62,934 nucleotides of DNA, filler included, from Choristocarpus tenellus KU-1152 (GCA_964200185.2; 7 parts of 7 records of this genome joined end to end with filler, not necessarily neighbours in it); one strand, 5' to 3'. Positions 1-14,576 are shown, counted from the first letter of the whole stretch. The notes: generated from the letters alone by a model not told the origin. Translations and numbers: made by a program.

Positions 1-99
1 ACACCCCCCACCAATACTTTGACCCTCACTCTCGTCAGATGCATCACAAAGTGTAAATGCCCCAGGCCCTCCTTCAGGAATAACAACGGCAAACTTTTG

Positions 100-480
100 T
101 CTCTGGTTAAAGAGAGCTGTACGGTTACAAGGTGATATCAAAGATATTTCTGTTCACTTAGCCCACTTAAAACCTTACATGCCGAACACACAGCCACCTG
201 AACCTGATTTTGTGAAACTCAACCAATTTTTCTTGGTCATACTTTGCCCTTACCGCATCTTGATGACTTAGAATCGCTGGTAACCATTGGTCCTTATAAT
301 ATTGAAGTCGTTTGGCCGTTGACCTTGTTCAGCTATTAACATAGAATGTATATATTATGCCTTAAAGGTTATGATCGTGCTTGTGATGTGTTCTATCGTC
401 CACGTGATTTGCCCCAATGTGTAGAAATGATTTCTGCATATCGGCAACAACATTCAATGTCTGGATACTCCAAATTCCAA
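100..480 (+). mobile_element. Ty3/Gypsy relic: integrase C-terminus with chromodomain-like tail
   Basis: Broken frames give VRLQGDIKDISVHLAHLKPY...PEPDFVKL and YILCLKGYDRACDVFYRPRDLPQCVEMISAYRQQ. Confidence 0.5.
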
Positions 481-569
481 CACTAGACCTTCGGTTGATA
501 CCAACTCTGGTCCATGAAAAGTTTCCATACTTGATTGAACTTCATACTGGAGCTAATATATTAATATAT

Positions 570-700
570 TTGTATAATGTAATCACTCTAGAATGATTCA
601 AACGCATGATGTATATCCCTATTCAACATAATATGTTCTTGGTATTATTTGTATAATGTAATCACTCTAGAATGATTCAAACGCATAATGTATATTCCTT
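570..700. repeat. Tandem duplication, ~79-bp period
   Basis: TGTATAATGTAATCACTCTAGAATGATTCAAACGCAT occurs twice. Confidence 0.85.
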
Positions 701-3700
701 CTCCTTCTAATACAATATGGTAGAACAGGGAATCCTTCGTACACTTGACCACCACTATCCTGATCAGTGGTCAAAGGCACCATTACACATGCAATATCAA
801 TGTCTCTCATACTACTTACGATAAGTGGTAGATAGTGCTACAGTGTCTCGATTTAAAGGGGTAAGGGTGTGAATCATGAGTGATTTGTTTAATTGTTATG
901 CTCTTGACATTATTGAGATAATTATCGGGTATGTATGTAACTTTCAATACAAAACTCCAGAACTGCTACTACACATTGCACTATTGTAGTTCTCATGCTA
1001 TCTACTGGAAATAGTTGTTGCACTAAAACTAATTGTCTCGCGTCGGAATTTGTGGAGGAAATGGTCTCCTTAAATGCAAAGCCATAAGAACGTTCAACGT
1101 ACTTACCCAGAAACACTTCTAAGAGGTGGATGCCACCTGTACCTGTCCAGAATTGGTAATTGCATACCCGAGTGTGTCCACTTCCCTTGTAATTATTACT
1201 AGTCGATTTTACTAGCACCCTATGCCTGAATGCATCTATACCACACCACAACAATAAGAAAAAGGTTAAAACCATTCGTCGCGATTTTTTTTCCATCTCT
1301 TTATCTTGTAGACAGTGATATAGCGTAGAGCTTGCTATGGCCACTGCAGGCAGTCATCATAGCAATAGAAGCACAGACCTGGGTTGCCTATGTTCAACTT
1401 CTTGAAGGCTAATATAATCGAAAGAGCTCTACAATGCAGGGCACTTCCTCACAATCTAGGGAATTTAATATTCTCTTCCTGTCAGAAAAATGGACGGCAA
1501 GGACAGAGCAAAACATGTAACTAAGCAAGAAACAACCTGGGGTGAGGATCTCTCCATGTCGTTGTAATGACTAGAGCGGGACAAATCAATGTCGTCTGTT
1601 TGGAAAGAGTGTTAGCCTTTGACTGGAGGAAAAAAACAAGGGAAAAGTTGCAGAATAATTATATGCTCCTAACAACAGCTTCAACCTTTAATGAAAATCA
1701 TTGTAGAAGATAGAAAACAACAAAAAAAATATTACAGAAAGCACACACTTCTGTTTCCCACTCACTGTTGGTATCTCCGGGGTGCGGAGCAACCAGCAGT
1801 ATTTCTCTTATCCCACATCATACAAACTCAAACCAACCCACAAGGAGACTAAACCAATAAACTTCTTCTGCAGTCCCGCGTCTAGCACTAACATTCAACA
1901 GCCAGGGCTACCGAACCTTGCAGTACTCAACACATCTCTTGACAGAGCGATACCTGGCACAATGATCCATGCTTACCACATCCAGCCAGGGGGGCTAACT
2001 GTCTTCCTTCCTCGTGATATCTGTGTCATGCTCATTGACAACCCCAGCTATCCTCATTTCCCTTTCCACCATTTGCCAACTATTTTACTGTTAGATAATA
2101 TACGTTCTGCTCTCCTTCCCTGTCATAGCTTTTTGCCCCGCACATATGGTCTGGCGAGTGTGACCCCAGCCTACAGTGCGGATAGTATTACTCCTGAAGT
2201 AGAGTAAGTCGACTTCTGACTCCTTCCTGCTTCACAAATACCATCGGCACCAGGGATTTGGTCTGCTATTCCACACCCTTTTAAAAAATCGATTGCTTCT
2301 CATGACTCCATTTGGGAGTAGACCGCAGGTACCCCAATGATACTCTCACGTTCGGAGGTTGCAAAATCCTCACCCCACCCTCCCCCTACCTCAGACCACC
2401 AAATGGAAAGCAACGGGCATGGGTATCGGGCTCCAGGAAGTTTGCTATCATACCAACTCAAAGCAATTTTGCAATGTATGCAGCCGAATACTCACGCGAA
2501 CAAGACACAATGCATACACCAAAATACACTTTCCTACTTGCATGTGTCCGTCCGCATAACATACATTGGGTTCTGGTCTACATGCTGCCCATCCAGGAAC
2601 AGGTGGAACCCTTATCCTGCAGTCTGTGACTGAGTAGAGTTGGAGTCGGCCACTGTTGGGCCTTTAGAAGATAGACTCACAAAGAAAATCATTCCTAAAA
2701 TATACATTGTACCATCCAACGCCCACCCCCTGAACTTATTCTGTATCAACTAATGTCGCTGCCATTGTATCTCTCTCTACACTTATTTCCCCTCCCCTCC
2801 AACACTTCTGGTCCCTTCTTCATTTAGAAAAATCCCGTGCCAAAGCAAAAAACTTTCACCATCTCCACTCGTATCTTGTGCCACGGCATGCAATGCCTTC
2901 ATCTCTTGCTGTTAAGCTCCCCATACAGTCATACAAGCAAGACTGGGAATGACCAAACTTTAGTCACCCTGAGACACTACTTCTAATATGATAGCTCACA
3001 AGGGTAAACTTAGATAGATGGAGCCAATATCCTGCAATCCGACTCTTCATAATGCCTCAGCATATATATATATATTTCACCATCCCGGCCAGGAGTTATC
3101 CTCTGACTACATCATGGCTACATTAGCCAAGAGGACTTCACACTTGCACAGCTCTATATCTTCCCCCTAATTCGTCCTTCCAGACTTCGCCCTTGAGCCT
3201 GGTTCATCCACTCTGCAGAGTGAAGCAAAGGATATGGTATTGTTTCACATTCCTGTAGAATTGAAACGAGCTCCTTACTCATCCAGATTTCAGTTTTTCC
3301 CAACATCATTGGCCCAGAAGCCATCAATCATCTTCAAAACATCAATACTGAATTGCCCTGCCTATGCTGCAGGATGGTCCCCAACCTCCCTGCCACCAGA
3401 AGTACATTTCCTCATGCTTGACGCTTACACCAAAATACTAGCACTGAACAGGAGCATGCAGCACAGACGTGGCGAGGACCAAACCAAGGTCTACTGTTCA
3501 CCATCGACCAGCAAATGTGCTAGTGCCGTTATGGTCTACCTGTTCCTTAGCTACCTCAGTCACTGTTGTGCCATTCATGCAGCGGTAATCCCTATGCTCA
3601 CAAACACAAGATCAACAACAGGTTATGCACGCGTCAGATACGACATCTCGTAGTGGATATGGAGGTCAATGGGGAGAGCAGTGCTGTGATGAGTTGTTGT

Positions 3701-4138
3701 ATTGATGGCGTGATAGTAAAGGTGGAGTACTTGAGTTGTTACATGTGGACGTGTTAGCTAGTGTTGCACTTCCAGGCATCGTGTGTGGTGTGGCAGACCA
3801 TGCCATCCACGTTTATTCAGGATATAATGGTGCACATCAGTGGATGAGAGGGGGCAATAGATTGGAGTAACATGTTGCCTTGTTGGGTTGTAAGTGGCGC
3901 AAAGTGTGAACATAATTTGCTGCTACGTTTGATACGTCTGTACTTTTCTGTCTATGCCCATGAAAGCTGTTTTCGCTGTAACCATCCATTGTGTAGCAAA
4001 GTTTATTAAAAAAATATACACTACAGAGTACTCCAAGTAGATAGCACACGGTCATCATGTGTTGAAAAGGAGAGGTGTGATCAAAGAGTTAATATCCTAC
4101 TATAATACTGTAAGAAAAGAAAAAAAGAGATGCAGTCA

Positions 4139-4485
4139 GAGCCAAAGTATCTCAGAGGGTAGAGCCGCGTCCATTTGGATTTTGAATTGCTTCGGCTGTT
4201 GAATTCTTAACTCTATTAATACGCATTTCGTAGGTTTTTATAATTNNNNNNNNNNGTCCATTTGGGGGTCAAAATCCAAGGTTGCGATTTTGATGTAATT
4301 TTGGCCATTGTGTTTGTTAGGAAGTGTCAATATCCATATTCTGGACATACTTTTTCATAACATACACATTTTACCTACTCCGAAACATTTTGGAGTAGGA
4401 AAATGTCATTAAAATAACCCATGGGAAGCCAAGCCCCAAATGGACAAACAGGGCAAAACCCGTACCCTCTAAGATACTTTAACTT
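4139..4485. mobile_element. MITE family A copy containing extra sequence and a gap
   Basis: Family A termini; flanks GTCA/GTCA. Confidence 0.8.
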
Positions 4486-5421
4486 GTCACTACAGTTATG
4501 ACACTTTCAGTAACTAAGGTAGAAAACGAGGGCGACCCCTCCCTTCCTCACAACCGACCTATCTGTAAGTGTTGTCAGCAGCTGTATGTCATCTTACAAG
4601 AATACCTGTAGGTTTACAACCTAACTCATCTTATGGCAGGACAACCTAAGCCCAAATCCTATATCCAAGGCACCAGAAGAAGTTGAGAAATCATAGACAA
4701 CACTGTCATTGCTGAATACTCACATGACCTCCTGGGCGCAGGTGAGCATTGCAAAATCAGCAGGAGATAGTTTCTCGCTTTGCCCCCTTCCCCCTTCACC
4801 CCCCCCCTCCACCCAACCCCCCTCATTCATAGCTTCTCCCCAGGAAGAGAGAGCTCCCGCCCCTCCATGCCCTGGGGCAACAGACATTGCCCTTGATATG
4901 CCATCCTCATTCATCTTGACTTGGTGGTGGCACCACGTTGTCCCACCTACACACAAAGGAGTAGTTGTGGAGACCAGGCAAGATGGGGCACAAAAGACAC
5001 TGCCAATATCACTATTTATGTCCTTCTCTGAGAAGCTTATCCCTTCTCCATTGCCTGAACTGACCTCCACCCTATGCCCCAGGTCAACACATGCCGCTGC
5101 CACTACTCCATTTACTGAAACTTCCATTGGTTGACTACCCTGGCAAGCTATGGTCAGGCCAGCAGGCTTTGCTGAGACCGTGCCAGCTTCCATGGGACTT
5201 GGGCTTGGAGACCAAATAGGGACATGGCAGGCACTCGAGACTGTGGGCATAATTTTCCATGGTCTGTTAAGGGAGGGGGGATATTATTGTGTGGGGCAGA
5301 TGAGGTGGACAGAATATGTGACATATGCTGTGCTTCTTTATTCAAGAGTAGATTCATTGGTTTTGCCCATAGGTAGAAGCAGTGCAGTTGACACACATAA
5401 GATCCAAGGTGTCAACAGGCA

Positions 5422-5682
5422 GAGTGAAAGTATCTTAAAGGGTACGAATTTAGCCCTGTTTGTCCATTTGGGGCTTGGCTTCCCACGGGATTTTTTTAAT
5501 CATGTTTTCCTACTCCAAAATGTTTCGGAGTAGGTAAAATGTATACGTTATGAAAAGGTGTGCTTGGAACAAGGATACTGACACTTTCTAACAAACACAA
5601 TAGCCAAAATTTCATCAAAATCGCAACATTGGATTTTGACCCCCAAGCGGACGCGGATCTACCCTCTGAGGTATTTTGTCTC
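5422..5682. mobile_element. MITE family A
   Basis: Family A TIRs and interior; flanks GCA/ACA. Confidence 0.88.
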
Positions 5683-8368
5683 ACATTCACCTAAGTGTTG
5701 CAAGGAAGTAATAATTATGTGGGTAGGGGCATGAGGATCGGTACATGCATCCTTATATTCAGGAGTTCTTCAAGCGTAGTAGTATTAGGACTCAAGTTAG
5801 TCACATGTTGTACTGGCTGTATGGCGCAACGAGCATAACCTTGACCTAACCCTAAGTCTTGCCTTGGCTTGAAGAGGAGAAAAGATCAGCACTGACAGGA
5901 CACAAGTGTCACGTTTTTTTCACAGCTACACAACTAATAAAACTCAAATTCTTAGAATGGACAGAACTGAACAGATACAGATGTACCATTGACCTACTGA
6001 GACACCAATTTGGGATTGAGACAAGTTGGTACATCCAAATATCTCGACAAAGACGGACCACAGCACGATTCATTCTAGAGCTGTTATCACTGGCATAACA
6101 GAGTACAACGCATGCTCCACTCTTCGTTCTTCCTGTGCTGAGTTCATAGATGTGTTATCAGGCGGGTGGTCTTTGTATCTTGCTCTTGTCTCTCCACAAT
6201 CTGGGCTACAACTAATGTCCATTTCTGGTCTCTGCCCTGTTCAATTCACTCCCTTCCCCCTCCCCCTCCCTAACCCTGCAGATAGAAAGGGAGACTGAGT
6301 GCAATGGAGGCCTTTATGTCCCCCCATCTGTCCTTGTCCTTCCTTACTTCCTCCTTGTAGCCCCAAACTAGGTTCCTACGGAGGGTGTACACTCTGAGTA
6401 ATACCAACACCTGACACTCAGTTCTAACACCACTGTTCACAAGCAACATCAACCAAATGTACATGTAGAAATTTGGTCGAGGGGTTAGGGGATGTAACAA
6501 CAATGAAATTATATCCCAACTTGTATAAATGTGATTAAAATTATTCAAAAAAATAGAAATGTTGCTGCCAGTGCAACATCCTCCACCCCTCAAAAAATAA
6601 AGAATGGTGTGAGTCGTTTGGTCCTGTAATCCAGGTGTATCCGCAGTGTTGATACCTGTCCTATTCCAAGCACTGACTCTCACTCCAACTCTAACCCTAA
6701 CACCTCTCACTTTCTCATCCTAGTGACATGGTCCACAGGGAAGCCATGGGGTGCACCAGCCCCACTGCCCACACTGGAGGTCGGACTCATGAGATCCACA
6801 GATATTCTGCTTGCAAACACTGGGCCAGGAGTACTGCAGGAGAGGAGTTCGGGAGGGGTAGAGAGGTTTACTACTCTCTTAAAGACCAATGACGAAAATG
6901 GAATGGGCAGACATGCAAAATACTGTTTTGTGAAAGGGGCGATAGCCTGAGGATGTGAACAGGCTCAGCTTGGGTAGAGCAGGATCAGGATCAGGATCAG
7001 AAGAAGGGGCAGGGGCAGGGGCAGGGGATGTGAACGAGGTCGAGGTTCTTGTCTCTATTCACTTTACTTTAAAAAAGGCAAAATGAGTACAATGAATCAG
7101 TAACTTCCAAGAGCAAATAAACATGGGGCAGGATATGGAGAAGATAATGCTTGCAATGAAATAGTACAGATAGGATTTAAACTTCAAATGCATGTAGCTC
7201 TGAATGGATACGCACTGCTGCTCGAGAATACAAAGTGCTTGTATATGTATCATGCGTCATTTCCAAATAGTAGCCTATGCTTCCTCAACTGTGTTTAAAT
7301 TTTTTGTGACAGGGATGCCAAAAACAATTGCACTTTTGCAATACACTGCAAGCCGTAGATTTCCCCTTCTCCACTCCCCACCCCATACTGCTGACACTCT
7401 CCTCTTATGGCCTTAAGATACTCCCAGGCTGTCAACAGCCATCATTGGCAATCTTCTCCTCCCCTATACACCTCTCCTACTTGTTTTTGTGACTGGTCTA
7501 TTCTTGCATTCTGCCCCTAACCCAACCTCATGCGCCACCTCCTACCCACGACAAACACAATCCTCAACATGGACAATTTATCCCACACATGCAACAGCCC
7601 AACTTACCCCCCCATAACTCAGCTGTACACACCCTCTTCCCCCCTCTAGCTTACCCGGGTTCATCAGTCTTAAGCTGACTCCATGCGTGGTTGGTCTCAT
7701 CATCCAAACTAAGTGCTGTGAGAGAGTTACCAAGGTAGGCCATCGGCTCCATATCATATCCAGCACACTCACCACCTGCCAACCCCAGAGCCGACCCAGA
7801 GCTCCCACCACACTCCATACCCCCAACATCCCCCGCTGCACCCAACGCCACTGAAGTAGCGGCTGCCCCTCCTGCCCCAGAGCCAGCACTCGTGGAACTT
7901 AGTTGCCTGGTAGTCCTGGTGATACTTGAGGACCCTGCTGTGGCATGGCTAATCCCACCACTGCTGGCTCTACCACTACTTAGTTTCCCCCAAGTTCCTG
8001 CAAATCCACCTATTTGATGTTTAGTTGGGGGCAGGGGAGTGTTGACAGTTTAGATAATCACTTGTGCGTTGTGTAGACACAAATGTGATCGATCAATCAG
8101 GGTGAACTGCAGGCACTTGCTACGGGGTGATTATGCTTTTGACAGATAGAGCAGAGCTGTGTGTGGACCAGACTACACAGGTAGGGGTAGAAAGGCTGCG
8201 AATGGAAGGGTGATCTTAAGAGAGATAGGAGATGAAACGGCCAACAGAAAAACGCCAAACACTATGAGAGGCAATTCACTGACCAGGGAGTGACAGGCAA
8301 CATGAAACAATAACAATGTGACAACCTACAGGTCACACATTCTCAGCCGCTTCCCCCCACCAGGTCAA

Positions 8369-8549
8369 GACTCAAAGTATCTGAGGGGGGGTGGCAGCTG
8401 TCCATTTGGGGTCAATTTTTTCATGTCACGGAAAATTGTGTGATTTGGTTGCATACATCAGAAGGATAATGTAGATGAACTTTTCCTTATTTTGGTCCAA
8501 ATCGACATCCTGGTGTAGACCCCCCCCTCCCCCCCAGATACTTTGGGTC
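8369..8549. mobile_element. MITE family B
   Basis: TSD CAA/CAA. Confidence 0.9.
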
Positions 8550-10823
8550 CAACATCAACAGTATTCATGAGGGGGACGGAAACAGGGGGTGGCTTCAAAG
8601 TTGATCAGGCTGCAAAGGAAGGCATTCACTGAACCCAAACTCCTCACTTCAATTCTTCAAGGTTAGGTATGTTTGATGTTGAATCGTTGATTGAGAATAG
8701 GAACAATGGGATGGATGTAGAGGTGATTCCTACACTTCCACTTTGACTGGATCTGAAATCGTTTTTGTTTTTCAGTCTGAGTTGGTTTGGGTATACCTAG
8801 AAAAGGGAACATTGGGGTGAAGCCCACAGTTTAAAAAAAGTGGCATGCATTGAGTTGTATCTCCCATCTTATGTAAGATTCTTCTATGTTAGGAGTTCAG
8901 CAGTGTGCTGCATCTCACAAAAAGCTCTCACAAATATTGATGCAATTTCTCGATTTTCAGGACCAAGGGTTTGATGGCAGGTTCATCTTAATACTTAGAA
9001 AAAACAATGCTATTTTTTTACAAAGGCGGGATCAAGCTTCAAAGAGAAAAATGAACGCCTTGAAAATAAAAAGATAACGTAATTATTATTATTATGATTC
9101 ATTTTTTTCAAATCATCATGTATCGATGATTTTCTAAACTACCCAAAGATAACATTAACAATTTTCAAGATGCTTTGACTGAAACCGCCCTCCTCCTACT
9201 ACAACATTATAACCAGCTCAATTTATTCCCCTGTGCCATTGGGGAATGCTTTTCCCAAGACTCGATTTCCTGTTGCTCAAGTAATTTATCACAAGTTCTA
9301 GACATAGCAGCGATTGTAGCTTTGGAGAATTCTGTTCGAAACAGGTTGTATGATACTTCCATAAACATTGCATGGCAACACCATTCCCAAGTGATAGAAA
9401 AAGAGAAAATACAATACCGCTATGGCACCCCACCTACACTACATCCCTCACTGTTCATCAATCTGATGCTGCTCTGTCCACCCGCAGAACCTTTGTGGGC
9501 GAGGCTGAATGTAGCAGGGAGGTACTCACTGAAGCCGTCAAGGCAGCCCAACACCATCTTGCCCTCCTGTGGGACGGAAGAGCACTTGAAGCGAAGAGAT
9601 GGCAGTTGCAAAGATGCAGTAGTAGGTACCTGTCTTACGTTCGGAACTCTTAACCTTGCATATATTTCACAAATTTTATCCGTAATTTCAAAAGGGCTAT
9701 GATACTTTGTATGCCGCATCGTATTTCCTTCTAGATCCTTCGACCTGCATTGATCTTCCGTTGCCATTCTCGCAGGTTCGACTCTTATCGACGCCGAACC
9801 TTTTTCAGATTTGATTTTGTTTCAATCGTCCGAAGTCCACGTGGCAAGCTCTACGGATTGTGCACCTTTACTCTCCTATCAGTCACTATGCTACAAACAC
9901 ACCAGACCGAGAACGAGATGAAAATAGCTTCATTGCCAACTGATGCTAAGGCGGGTCCACCTCAAAATTTGAGGGAAGATCGGAGAGAGCGGCGGTGGGG
10001 AGAGACTGAACCCACACCACAAGAAGAAACACATAAACAGAGGTTGCACGATTTGTCACAGTTCAACAAAATCAGTTACAGAAGATAGTGTGAGAAGTAG
10101 CGCAGCGTGTAGTGCCTCTGACCACGGGTTGGGATAGTCCCCGGACTAAAGTGAAGGTCAATAACAATAGTATCACTATGAGTACTCTCAAAAAAGGAGG
10201 AAAAAAAATGCTGTGCTCTCAATAAAAGAGCACACAGGGTGTAAGAATTTCAAGGGAGTATGACACATACTATGTGCCTATGTACGTATTCTAATGAAGC
10301 AAGACAAGAAAAAAAGGTGAAGAGTAACAAAAATGTTATACTGCTATTACGGGGGGGAAATGCGAAACCTTTCTGCACCAAGCTTACTCTCAAGATTTAG
10401 TTTGAAAAAAAGTCTTTTGACAAAAAGGGTATTTCATCCTAGACATGGAGATGAGGAGATTCTATCTGTCTGGGGGATGCAGTTGGCTGCTGCTGAAGTG
10501 GGTTAGATTATTCACAAATGCATCTTGCCAATGCATACATAGAGCAAACCAAGAATCTACACTAATACGAGTTATTTGCACCCCAAACAAGAGTAGGTGC
10601 ACTACTCCACAACCAACCGAATGAACCCTAACCCTAACTAACTACAGCAATGGGACCAAGTGTGCACAACCCTTGCCATATGCTACCATGACTACCTCAA
10701 AAACATCATCTTTGAAGTGATCTCTTAGCTCTTGTCTTTCCCACCAATACACCCCTCCGCCATTTGGATAAAAACAACAGACTCAACAACCCATCCCATC
10801 TGTAAACCTTTCCTCCTTCCCCC

Positions 10824-10923
10824 NNNNNNNNNNNNNNNNNNNNNNNNNNNNNNNNNNNNNNNNNNNNTTAATTAATTAANNNNNNNNNNNNNNNNNNNNN
10901 NNNNNNNNNNNNNNNNNNNNNNN
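10824..10923. other. Artificial contig linker (N44-TTAATTAATTAA-N44); also at 17669, 25205, 50815, 55670 and 59090
   Basis: Identical 100-bp six-frame-stop spacer occurs six times. Confidence 0.97.
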
Positions 10924-10929
10924 GGTCAC

Positions 10930-11117
10930 GGGGGGGGTGGAGGGGGGGGGGTGGTGTGGGGGGCGGGTCTCACCAGGGTGTCCATTTTGCCCCAAACCAG
11001 GAAAAGTGCACTTACATTATCCGTTTGACGTAAGCAACCAAATCACCCAAAAATCGCGACGTGAAAAAAATGACCCCAAATGGACAGCCGCCACCCCCTC
11101 CCCATATACTTTGAGCC
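10930..11117. mobile_element. MITE family B at contig start
   Basis: B interior and ACTTTGAGCC terminus. Confidence 0.8.
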
Positions 11118-11389
11118 AGTCACATGCCTCCGTTCTCTATATCTGACAGTGTCGATTTCCTCCAGATCTTCATGAAAGGTGGAACAATTACAAAGGTTTT
11201 CTTACAAGGACTCCATGCATTATCCAAGTAATACTTTTGGACATTACTCCTACATAATAGTTGATGGCCATCTTCGTGCAGTACTGAATGGCGCACTGCA
11301 GATCACAAGTAGGTACAGTAGGTTTTTATTCCCATATTGTCTGTGTGTCTCGTATCCATGTATTGGAGGACCCCCACCGAAGAAATAAA

Positions 11390-11632
11390 GAGGAGCTTTG
11401 CCCTGTTTGTCTGTTCAGGGCTTGGCTTCCCGCGTTTTTTTTATGTCCCTTTTCGGTTTTCTGTGTAATCACGGCTACCTAAAATGTATACGACTACAAA
11501 AGGTGTGTCTGGAGGAAGGATATTGACACTACTTGCTAACAAACACAATAGCAATAAAGAATCAAAATCGCAATATTGGATTTATGAACCTGAACATACG
11601 CGATCCTACCTTCATAAAAAATGCTTTGACTT
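11390..11632. mobile_element. MITE subfamily A', one end eroded
   Basis: A' interior and ATGCTTTGACTT terminus. Confidence 0.75.
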
Positions 11633-11867
11633 GGGGCTGTAGGTATGCACTTCTGTATGGTTTGAAGTGCGTGGATCTTTGTTGGTGTGTCATAATACTA
11701 AGAGCAAGTGCATGACATGCAGAGAGATATTACTTGAGAAGAACATAGTGGCTATCACAAAACAAGGATGGGGCATTGAAACCTTTCTTCACATTCATCT
11801 ATCATGATCTATTACCAACACAATAATTAATGATAAATGATACCACTTTTTCCCCAACATGATAGAT

Positions 11868-12128
11868 GAGCGAAATTATCTCGGAGGGTAGAGCCGCGTC
11901 CGCTTGGGGTCAAAATCCAATATTGGGATTTTGATGGGATTTTGGCTATCGTGTTTGTTAGCAAGTGTCCATATCCTTGTTCCGGGCGCACCTTTCATAC
12001 ATAGTGGTATACAATTTACTTACTCGGAAATAATTCGGAGTAGGAACATGTAATAATAATCCTGTGGGAAGCCAAGCCCCAAACAGACAAACAGGACAAA
12101 CCTCCTACCCTCAAAGATACTTTCACTG
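11868..12128. mobile_element. MITE family A
   Basis: TSD AGAT/AGAT (4 bp). Confidence 0.88.
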
Positions 12129-12305
12129 AGATCACAATATAGTTGAGTGGTCCAAAAGAATGATACACCACAGGTGTCAGAGGAGGACAATCACGTGATT
12201 CTGTGGGAAGACGGTAAACAATGGACCACTTATTATACTACTGCAAGACGCTTGATACAAACAAACTAGACAAGTCAACCTCATTGATGAGCACTATGAC
12301 ATATG

Positions 12306-14020
12306 CTCCCTCTGTCCCGTAAGTCTAGGCCGTGAAGTTGTACCTCTTCAGGATGACCTCCGACTACAAAAAGAACTTTTGCATTGGATTCCTCGAGATA
12401 TTTTACATCATCAATAATCTAAATTCAAAGAATTATACAAGGAATTCTGTTGTGAAATGGTTCCGAAAGAATGGAACAAAGGATGGGGCATATTCTTATC
12501 GTTTTTTTATGTTCCTCCTACAGCGTGGACCTGCACAACACTCTCACAACCCTCATGCGAGCCCCCACAGCCCGTCATCCCTGGCATGAAGCCCGTCGTG
12601 TCGGGGAAAGAACTGCGAGCTGACCGAGGAAGGTCGGACCGGACTTGCTCTGCGTTATGCATTGGCTCTTTCTCCTGGTCACAAGAGGATCCTGAGGGTG
12701 TGGGAGCTAAATCGAAGAAAGAGTCTGGAGTGGGAGAGAGACGCCCTAGACTGGTGTGGCCGTGCGTCAAAGAACAGTTAGGGGGATTGCCGTCTCCCTG
12801 AAATCACAACAATGATCTGGACGGCAGTTGGACTTTATGCCAACGAAACAAGCAAAGCTCCCGGAAATCAATGCCAGTAATCGCACGCTGATTACCAACT
12901 TTCCACCAAGCTCGCCAAAGTGAACCTTGCAGTCCACGGCTCAAAGCTTCATCGCTGGCTCAAAGTCATGGGGGCAATGATAGTTCAGCAGCGTGTCACC
13001 CCTAGCCTTTCGTTTACTTACAAGAAGAACAGGGTGGACTTCATCTTCACCCAGATCTCCCACAACCGCAAAACCTGCAGGACTGACCTCAACACCATTC
13101 ACATTGACGAGGCATGGTTCTACTTCATCTGTGAATGAGAGATCGTGCGCATGTTCCTGGGAGAGGAAAATGTGGACTTGACGAAGGTGCAGCACAAGAG
13201 TCACATTCCAAAAGTGATGTTATCTCCATCGTTTTGTGCCCGGATCTTTCCCATGATTTTGACAGCAAGATCGGGATCTGGGGGTTTTGCGTCACAAAGG
13301 AGGTACACGCAACGGACTAAAGCATGGCACACGAAAGGTGAGGAGTACGAGGTCGACGTCACTGTCGATGCCGAGTGGTACCTGGAGTGATACATGGAGC
13401 AGCTGTGGCCAGCGATCAAGGAGAAAGGCCGTGGCTGGAATCAAAAGGGCTCCATACAGCAGGACGCCACGACACTGCATACGAGCAAGGGCACACTGCT
13501 GCAGAAGCAGAAAACAGCAGGGATGGAGGAGGGATGGAACATTACGCTCGTGACACAGTCAGTGCCGTTGCCGAATCTCTTTATCAATGATTTGGGTGTT
13601 TTTTTGCATCTCTGAAGAGCAAGGTTTGGGCGGAGTGCTACCACACTGTTGATGAACTTGTAGGGGAGGTTTCAAGCGTTTTCCACACGTACGACGCAGA
13701 CACGCACGAGAGGGTGCGGCAGAGTCTGTTTAAGAGATGCAATCAGATGTTAAGGGTGCTGGGGGGGAATGATATCGAGGTAGAGCACACCAAGACCAAA
13801 AAAAGGCAGAAGGAGGGTGGGTTGGCTAGGTCAGTCGAAGTAGATCAAGTGTCCTCTGTGGCGGCCCTGGTTTGATGGGTTGAAGGTATCGAATAAAGGT
13901 GAGACATAGTTTTTTAATGTAAAATATTCCAAGGAATCCAAAGCAAGGTCGATTTTGTATTCAGATATCACATGCCAAAGAGCTACAAACTAACGGTCCA
14001 GACGAATGGGACAGAGGAAG
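12306..14020 (+). mobile_element. Degenerate full-length mariner (DD39D-type) with Stowaway-like TIRs
   Basis: TIRs CTCCCTCTGTCCC (12306) and GGGACAGAGGAAG (to 14020), plus inverted subterminal blocks. Transposase motifs IHIDEAWFY, KVQHKSHIPKVM, QQDA and INDLG, with stops and frameshifts. Confidence 0.88.
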
Positions 14021-14421
14021 CCTATTTTTATTTGGATGGAAAATATCTATCTAGAGGAGTGTGCGGTAATGCGTATCCTGGCAGACTCTGCCTATGAGGT
14101 CAATATTACTTTGCGAGGGGGCTTCCATCAATCGCAGGTTGTCATCAATTGAGCGAGATTTTCCATTCATGGTCAAGCTCTCGATCTGACACGTCCACTG
14201 CAGGAGCGGGGACAAACGGTGGGAAGGGCGGAGAGAAAGAAGGGTTCTGATAGGATGTAACGATTTGGTTTAAGACAAACAAAGAGATCTTTTCATTAGT
14301 TTTGAGGAAAACGACAACGATAGGAGTATGCTCAATGAAAGTGCTTGTTGTAGAGTGTGTTGTCGAACTCATAGGTATAGGAAGATTAACTTTCTGTCGC
14401 AGTGTTGAAGAAGCTGATGTT

Positions 14422-14576
14422 GAGTGAAAGTATCTTAGAGGGTACGATTTTGCCCTGTTTGTCCGTTCGGGGCTTGGCTTCCCACGTTTTTTTTTTATGA
14501 CATATTCTTTGGAATTTTTCGGAGTAGGTAAAATGTGTACGTTATGAAAAGGTGTTTCCGGAACAAGGATATTGAC
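14422..14576. mobile_element. MITE family A, truncated
   Basis: One TIR plus about 150 bp of interior. Confidence 0.8.

Noticed and set aside
1780-8340. Several 100-176-aa ORFs as genes
   Set aside because: Low-complexity, overlapping on both strands and no recognisable motifs; probably old retroelement debris that I cannot classify.
9175-10140. Possible LTR-retrotransposon gag relic on the minus strand
   Set aside because: Too degenerate; no diagnostic motif could be confirmed.
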